From IMG/VR virus record IMGVR_UViG_3300006112_000009: a DNA stretch of 64,000 nucleotides; one strand, given 5' to 3'. Under the pieces are notes generated by a model, which saw nothing but the letters and a program-made list of their open reading frames with translations, searched no databases and had not been told where the DNA came from. The translations under genes and the position numbers were made by a program. The number at the start of each line of letters is the position of its first letter. Within the stretch, counting starts at the first letter, position 1. The stretch is from an uncultured virus (IMG/VR IMGVR_UViG_3300006112_000009) (Duplodnaviria; Heunggongvirae; Uroviricota; Caudoviricetes). This document shows, piece after piece, positions 58,032-64,000 of the stretch.

Positions 58032-59018
58032 ATGGCAACAAAGAAAACTAAATCAGAAGCAAAAACAGTACCAATCGAAAAGGTACAAGAAATTGCTGAA
58101 CAAGCACAACAAGAACAAAAACCCGCAGATGGTCAAGTTCAAGTTAACGTAGATTATCTACGCACAACCAAAGTACATATCGCTATGCCATGTTATGGTG
58201 GTATGTTGACTGAATCTACATTCATGTCATTCATCAAGTGGGCAAATACTGCTCGTCAATTGGGTATTGATTGGACATTGGAAACAATGGTCAACGAATC
58301 ACTTATCAGTCGTGCTCGTAACACACTAACTGCAAAATTCTTAGACCAACAAGATTCAACACACTTGTTCTTTGTTGACGCTGACATTGGTTGGGAACCA
58401 TGGCACTTGTTAGTGTTAATTAACCGTGACGTTGACGTTATCGGCGGACTATACCCAATGAAAACAATGCCAATCAAGTGGGTTGTTAATGGATTTGAAG
58501 GTGCAGAAGAAGGACCTGATGGCTTGCAAGAAGTAAGTAAAGCAGGTACAGGTTTCTTGTTAATGAAGAAACATGTATTTGAAAAAATGAAATCACATCC
58601 AGCAGTTAAACCATACAAGAACGATATCGGTCTTGATCCAAAATATGACCAACACTTGAAAACATACTTTGATACAGCAGTACGTCAAGGTCGTTACTAC
58701 AGTGAAGACTGGACATTCTGTGAAAACTGGCGTGATATCGGTGGTAAGATTTGGGTTGACAAACGTGTACTATTGCGTCACAGTGGTAGTTATGTTTTCT
58801 GTATGGAAAATCAACAACACTTGATGGACACAATTGGTCCAATGTATGCACAAGAGCAAGCAAACAAAGCTCAACAAGCAGCACAGCTACCAGAAACACC
58901 GGTAGTGAAAACAGTTGCAAAACCTGCAACTAAAACTGCTACTAAAACAGTTGCAAAGACAGTAGCTAAAGCTCCTGTCAAAACAGCACCAAAAGCTAAA
59001 GCAGCAAGCAAGAAGTAA
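58032..59018 (+). CDS. GT-A fold glycosyltransferase-like protein with K/A/T-rich tail
   Basis: IAMPCYGG, ESLISRARN, FVDADI (DxD), GTGFLL, SEDW.FC. Confidence 0.75.
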   Translation: MATKKTKSEAKTVPIEKVQEIAEQAQQEQKPADGQVQVNVDYLRTTKVHIAMPCYGGMLTESTFMSFIKWANTARQLGIDWTLETMVNESLISRARNTLTAKFLDQQDSTHLFFVDADIGWEPWHLLVLINRDVDVIGGLYPMKTMPIKWVVNGFEGAEEGPDGLQEVSKAGTGFLLMKKHVFEKMKSHPAVKPYKNDIGLDPKYDQHLKTYFDTAVRQGRYYSEDWTFCENWRDIGGKIWVDKRVLLRHSGSYVFCMENQQHLMDTIGPMYAQEQANKAQQAAQLPETPVVKTVAKPATKTATKTVAKTVAKAPVKTAPKAKAASKK

Positions 59019-59037
59019 TCAATCTTCTTTCCAATAC

Positions 59038-59072
59038 AGGGCTGGCTCAGGAAACTGGGTCAGCCCTTTTTT
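59038..59072 (+). terminator. intrinsic terminator
   Basis: AGGGCTGGCTCAG-GAAA-CTGGGTCAGCCCT followed by a T run. Confidence 0.88.
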
Positions 59073-59085
59073 GATAAATATAAAT

Positions 59086-59952
59086 ATGAATCTACGAGAA
59101 TTTGACGAATTTAGACTTTCAGATGCTATTCACTTCCATGATGAATTAAATCCAGCCTTATTTAACGGCGACCACATGAAAGATGATGTAAAAGTGCAAT
59201 TACTTAATATTGCAGAAGACTTTATTGACCACTTGGGTATTAAGGGTCTAGACATTCAAGATATTACAGTAAGTGGTTCAAGTGCGGCTTTCACATACAC
59301 TAAACATTCAGATATTGATTTGCATATCTTAGTAGACTTCAATCAATTTAAAGATGACGACATTTATCGTGAATTGTTTGACGCTAAAAAAGTTGTATAT
59401 AATGACACACATGATATCACAATAGGTGGATTTCCTGTAGAATTATATGTACAAGATATAAATCAACCTGTCATTAGCTTAGGTGAATACAGCGTATTAA
59501 ATGACAAGTGGATCAAATTACCAAGAAAACGCAGAGCAAACTTTGACCAATATGCTACTAAACTGAAATTTGATAAACTTTACAAACTAGCAGAATTTGC
59601 CTATAAGTCACATAATGCGTCAAAAATTCAGCATATTTTGCACACGATCAAACGTTATCGTCAAGCAGGATTAGACATGAACGGTGAGTTTGGTCCTGAG
59701 AACCTAGCATATAAAGCATTGCGTAGCAAGGGAATCATTGCTAAGTTATATGATAGATTGCAAGATTTGCATGATAAAAGATTGAGTTTACCTGAATGTT
59801 CAGGATATATTCCAAGCGAAAGTCAAAAGAATGACCCTCGTTGGGAACGAGCATTGAGTGTAGACGTACACCCAAATACAATGAAGAAGCAAGCTAAGAA
59901 GTTTGGTTGGAAGATTAAACGAAACGGTATTCCACCAACGCTTAGACCTTAA
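59086..59952 (+). CDS. Pol-beta superfamily nucleotidyltransferase
   Basis: GSSA...Y...SDIDLHI, PVELYVQD, GEF..ENL.YK.LR; MNLREFDE start; late promoter 59073-59080. Confidence 0.75.
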   Translation: MNLREFDEFRLSDAIHFHDELNPALFNGDHMKDDVKVQLLNIAEDFIDHLGIKGLDIQDITVSGSSAAFTYTKHSDIDLHILVDFNQFKDDDIYRELFDAKKVVYNDTHDITIGGFPVELYVQDINQPVISLGEYSVLNDKWIKLPRKRRANFDQYATKLKFDKLYKLAEFAYKSHNASKIQHILHTIKRYRQAGLDMNGEFGPENLAYKALRSKGIIAKLYDRLQDLHDKRLSLPECSGYIPSESQKNDPRWERALSVDVHPNTMKKQAKKFGWKIKRNGIPPTLRP

Positions 59953-59960
59953 GGAAGATT

Positions 59961-62900
59961 ATGGCACTTATTAAACCACCAACAGTTGACACAACACAAG
60001 ATCCTGCATTTGGTACTAAACAGGTAATCAATAGATCGCCTAACAATACAGGTGTTGTTGGACAACTAATTGACACTACATACATTGACAAAAAAGCAGA
60101 GATTATTAATGAACCAGGCGGCAACGTTGGTATGGTTCAATTTAATGTAGGTGGTAGTTTTGGTGGTGACAGAAGTTTTGTATATAACTTAAACACAAAG
60201 ACATTGAGTATTGCCGGCAATATTTTATTAGGTGGATATATCAATGGACGTATCACAACTAATTTATACAACTTAAAAGTTGCAGGTGGACTTAGTGGAC
60301 AAATACTAACAACCGACGGCAATGGTAATTTAAGTTGGCAAAATCAAGCACAATTGCAGTATAGCAACAGCAACGTTGCATCGTTCTTACCAACACATAC
60401 TGGAAATATTACTGGCAATAATATGCACCTTTCAGGCGGTGCTTATGTGCATGATATCATTACTAGCAATGTAACTACAAGTAATTTAACTATATCCGTA
60501 GGTGGTAATGTTAATTTAGATGTATCGCAATTACAAATGACAGGCGGTGCATCAGGTCAAGTATTAACAACTAATGGTAGTGGTAATTTGATTTGGAAAT
60601 ACCCAAACTCACTAGAATCATTCTTGACTTTGGGCAATACACCAATCACCTTAGCACAAGGCGGAACCCATGATGTTTGGACTGGGCCATTTGATGTTAC
60701 ACCTAATGTGGTAGGTGGTTTTGTTAACAGTGATAGTTCTAACAATGCATTGATGACATTCAGTACTGTTGGTTCTAACAACATGAGTATTGCACTTGAC
60801 GGTAGTTTGTTTGTTGGTGACAATATTGCAAATTATGATTTTGGTCATGATTATAATACAGGCGGATGGGTAGTTTCTCAAAATGGTTTGATTATGACAG
60901 ACCAGGCAGCAAGTATTATATTCCCTGACACTACAGTACAAGAAACAGCTTATCTTGGATACGAAGCAATCATTAGCGAAACGAATCCAGGTAATCTAGT
61001 TGATGGTAAAATTTGGTTTGATAGTAATGAAGGTCGTGCATTTGTAATGTATAATCAACAGTGGGTTGATATGAACCCACAGATTGCACCTAATCCTGAT
61101 TTAAATGCAAACTCAATTACATTTGAAGACGGTAGTGTATTAACTACAGGTAATATTCAGGGTAGTTCTTATTCAAATAGCAATGTTGCAAGTTATCTAC
61201 CAACTTACACTGGTAATATTTCTGCAAACAATGTATTGTTATCAAATACATTAGTTACTAGTTCAATTCAAGGTAATACAGGTCTTGTTATAAATTCAAC
61301 TGATACTATGAACCTGTTGGTTAATAATGTAAGTGGTATCGAAGTGACCAGTGGCTCTGTGGGACTATATGCTCAAAATATATTGTCACTACAATTAGAT
61401 GGAGCCAACGCAGATTTTAGAAATCAACACGTTAATAATGTCAACTCACTTAATGTAAATGGTAACATTACGGGAAACTACATTATTGGTAATGGTAGTC
61501 AATTAACAGACATAGTTACATCTAAATTAACTAATACTACACAAACATTTGTATTGAATAGTGATGGATCGTTTGGTGTAAAAGATAGTGGTAGTGCGAC
61601 TAACTTCAACCTTGACCAAACAACTCCTAACATTGATTTAAGAACAACTAGTGGCACTGGATTCTTTACTACAGGATCCAACATCACATTCAGAGCCGGT
61701 GGCTCAAAGAATTGGATCTTTGACAATAGTGGTAATTTAAGTACTCAGGGTAGCGTTAAAGTTGGTGCAACTAATGGCAATATTGTAGTAGGTGATGCTA
61801 CTGCTACTGGTTCGCCTGGATTAAGTTCAACTACAAGTGTAACATTAACTGCTAACAGAGATGGTAATGCAACATCTTGGGTATTCAGCAACGAAGGTTC
61901 ATTGATACTACCAGGACCAGCTGTTGGTCAAACAAGCTATAGTAGAATTAAAACTGATGGTGCTTTCTTAAATCTTGACGTACAATATGGTAGTCTTGAT
62001 GATGTATATGATGGTGCTCGTGTAGGAACTAATAGCACAGACCCATTCGACATTGTAACAGACTTCAATGGTGCTCGTAATACATGGCGTTTTGATTCTA
62101 ATGGTAATTTGAATTTACCACCAACTAATAGTATCGTTGCTCAAGGTACACCGCAAGTTGGATATCATATAATAGTTACTGATGACTTTATCGAGCTTCA
62201 AAGTGCGGCTGATGGTAGCGGTGGAGACCAAACATACGTTACATGGGACGCCGGCGCCTCTAGTTTCGTCAATCAAATCTGGACTCCATGGTGTGTTGGT
62301 CAACCTGACGCAATGGTAGGTTGGACTATCACTTCTTCTGATAACGTTGTTACTAATATTATAGCCGCTAACAACTACGGGCAACAATATACAATTGAAG
62401 TGGATCATTATGGCATAGGATCATATCCATTCACATTCCAAAGTCCAGACTATGTAGCTGGTTCACCTAACCCAGTCAACATAGCAACTAACTCACATAA
62501 CTGGGTATTCGGAGTAGACGGTAATCTTTCAGTACCCGGAAACATTAATGTATCTGGTACTGCAAGTCCTGCTCCAAGTCTCAATGGATTTTCATCGGTA
62601 ACATTAACTGCTAATTTGAGAGCCGCAAATATATACACTGACAACTATTATCTAGCGAACGGTGATCCTCTACCATTGGTATCAGGTTCAAGTAACGTAA
62701 CGACTACAGGTAATGTAACTGCAGGTAATGTTATTGCTGGAAACTTTACTGGTAACGGCAGTCAATTAACAAGTATCAGTGGTGCTAATGTAACCGGAAC
62801 TGTAGCTAATGCAACATATGCATTAAATGCAGGCAATGCATACCATGTAGCGGCAGCAAATATTACAGGTACAATATCATTTGCAACACGTTCTTCTGTT

Positions 62901-64000
62901 GCTGATTCTGCGAATAGTGTAAGTGGAAGTAACGTTTCAGGTCCGGTGGCATATGCAACTGTTGCAAACAGTGTGGCTGCTGCCAACGTATCAGGATTAG
63001 GTAATCTAGCATTATTAAACAAAGACGGTAACGCAAGCAACATCCTGTATGGTAACGGTGTGTTTGCCAGTGCACCATCAGGTGGTGGAGGTATTGGTGC
63101 AATCAATGAAGTATTAATAGTAAATGCGGTAGCACCTTCAACTAGCTATACTAACGCAACTGTAACGCAATGGTCGGCATCTTATACAGGGTCAGGTGGT
63201 CAATTACTTGTATCTGCAAGTATTACCGCATTCTCTGGGGCTAGTGGAGCAACAAGAAATTGGTATTTGCAAAAGAACGGATCTACCGTAGCTACCGGAT
63301 CGTTCTACTACAATACAGCAAACGAGCATACTAATCTTCCAACAATAAATTACGTAGACACAACTGGCAGTTCAACATTGGCTACTTGGTCTATTTTTGT
63401 AGGATCCGGATTAACTGTTGATGGAGGTGACCGCGCTACGATTCGTGTCACTGAATATAGCGGACAACTAAACTATGCTAATAGTAATGTAACAACATTG
63501 TTATCAAGTTTTGGTAGCAGTAATATTAGTACTAGCGGTAATATTACTGCAGGATATTTAATAGGTAATGGTAGTCAACTAACTGGGTTACCCGCAAGTT
63601 ATGCCAACACAAACGTAGCAGCTTATCTTCCAACATATACCGGTAATGTAACCGCAGGTAATATTAGTGTTACTGGAACAATCACTGGCGGCGGCATTAG
63701 AAAAACTACAGCAACTACAGCACCAAGTAGTCCTACAGTAGGTGACCAATGGTACAATAGCTCAACTGATATATTGTATCAATATATCAATGATGGTGTA
63801 AGTAGTTATTGGTTAGACATTGCAGGACCGGGCTATAGTAATCCACAAAACGTTACAAAGGTATCTAATTTTGTTAATGCAGGTACATTCGTGGTATTGG
63901 ATAATTTAAAAGCAACAGTTACTACATCAGGTAATCGTGGATTAGCTATCGCATCAGTATCAGGCACTTTTAATTGTTATATAGGTGGTTATGGAGCGTA
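59961..64000 (+). CDS. very long tail fibre-like protein (partial, runs off the window)
   Basis: AAGGA RBS, ATG 59961; start and last codons are in the same frame and the ORF track reports no stop; GQ.LTTDG.GNL.W, Y.N.NVA..LPT.TGN and W.F...G.L repeats. Confidence 0.75.
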   Translation, partial: MALIKPPTVDTTQDPAFGTKQVINRSPNNTGVVGQLIDTTYIDKKAEIINEPGGNVGMVQFNVGGSFGGDRSFVYNLNTKTLSIAGNILLGGYINGRITTNLYNLKVAGGLSGQILTTDGNGNLSWQNQAQLQYSNSNVASFLPTHTGNITGNNMHLSGGAYVHDIITSNVTTSNLTISVGGNVNLDVSQLQMTGGASGQVLTTNGSGNLIWKYPNSLESFLTLGNTPITLAQGGTHDVWTGPFDVTPNVVGGFVNSDSSNNALMTFSTVGSNNMSIALDGSLFVGDNIANYDFGHDYNTGGWVVSQNGLIMTDQAASIIFPDTTVQETAYLGYEAIISETNPGNLVDGKIWFDSNEGRAFVMYNQQWVDMNPQIAPNPDLNANSITFEDGSVLTTGNIQGSSYSNSNVASYLPTYTGNISANNVLLSNTLVTSSIQGNTGLVINSTDTMNLLVNNVSGIEVTSGSVGLYAQNILSLQLDGANADFRNQHVNNVNSLNVNGNITGNYIIGNGSQLTDIVTSKLTNTTQTFVLNSDGSFGVKDSGSATNFNLDQTTPNIDLRTTSGTGFFTTGSNITFRAGGSKNWIFDNSGNLSTQGSVKVGATNGNIVVGDATATGSPGLSSTTSVTLTANRDGNATSWVFSNEGSLILPGPAVGQTSYSRIKTDGAFLNLDVQYGSLDDVYDGARVGTNSTDPFDIVTDFNGARNTWRFDSNGNLNLPPTNSIVAQGTPQVGYHIIVTDDFIELQSAADGSGGDQTYVTWDAGASSFVNQIWTPWCVGQPDAMVGWTITSSDNVVTNIIAANNYGQQYTIEVDHYGIGSYPFTFQSPDYVAGSPNPVNIATNSHNWVFGVDGNLSVPGNINVSGTASPAPSLNGFSSVTLTANLRAANIYTDNYYLANGDPLPLVSGSSNVTTTGNVTAGNVIAGNFTGNGSQLTSISGANVTGTVANATYALNAGNAYHVAAANITGTISFATRSSVADSANSVSGSNVSGPVAYATVANSVAAANVSGLGNLALLNKDGNASNILYGNGVFASAPSGGGGIGAINEVLIVNAVAPSTSYTNATVTQWSASYTGSGGQLLVSASITAFSGASGATRNWYLQKNGSTVATGSFYYNTANEHTNLPTINYVDTTGSSTLATWSIFVGSGLTVDGGDRATIRVTEYSGQLNYANSNVTTLLSSFGSSNISTSGNITAGYLIGNGSQLTGLPASYANTNVAAYLPTYTGNVTAGNISVTGTITGGGIRKTTATTAPSSPTVGDQWYNSSTDILYQYINDGVSSYWLDIAGPGYSNPQNVTKVSNFVNAGTFVVLDNLKATVTTSGNRGLAIASVSGTFNCYIGGYGA

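Noticed and set aside
59942..63106. Series of short minus-strand ORFs in the ORF track
   Set aside because: Antisense shadows of the long + strand fibre ORF starting at 59961.
1..64000. Stop-codon reassignment as seen in some large phages
   Set aside because: Standard-code ORFs already tile the window with full-length known proteins, and TAA, TGA and TAG all end genes at sensible positions.

Overview
This 64 kb window comes from a large, AT-rich, T4-superfamily-like myovirus (jumbo or near-jumbo phage). It is densely coding, mostly on the + strand, and uses the standard genetic code. It carries replication genes (DEDDh exonuclease, primase, DnaB-type helicase, clamp loader, PD-(D/E)XK nuclease, dNMP kinase, MazG-like, NUDIX), virion genes (gp13/gp14/gp15-like neck and terminator, sheath, tube, baseplate, several long fibres), lysis genes (GH19 endolysin, holin-like), chaperones (GroES-like, DnaJ, ClpA) and PhoH. 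It has sigma70-like promoters and many T4-late-like (G/C/T)ATAAATA promoters. Four observations stand out. (1) A miniature family-C DNA polymerase core is split, without an intein, into two small genes about 42 kb apart whose ends abut in the DnaE motif order. (2) Modular polyproteins (GNAT, HD/ppGpp hydrolase, ParB-like, cytidylyltransferase modules) are joined by repeated QGVAE/VWE linkers that resemble prohead-protease sites, alongside a set of proteins with T4-type capsid-targeting N-termini. (3) A roughly 430 nt highly base-paired intergenic RNA candidate is present. (4) A four-way-junction leader occludes a ribosome-binding site. All product calls come from visual motif recognition; no database searches were run.
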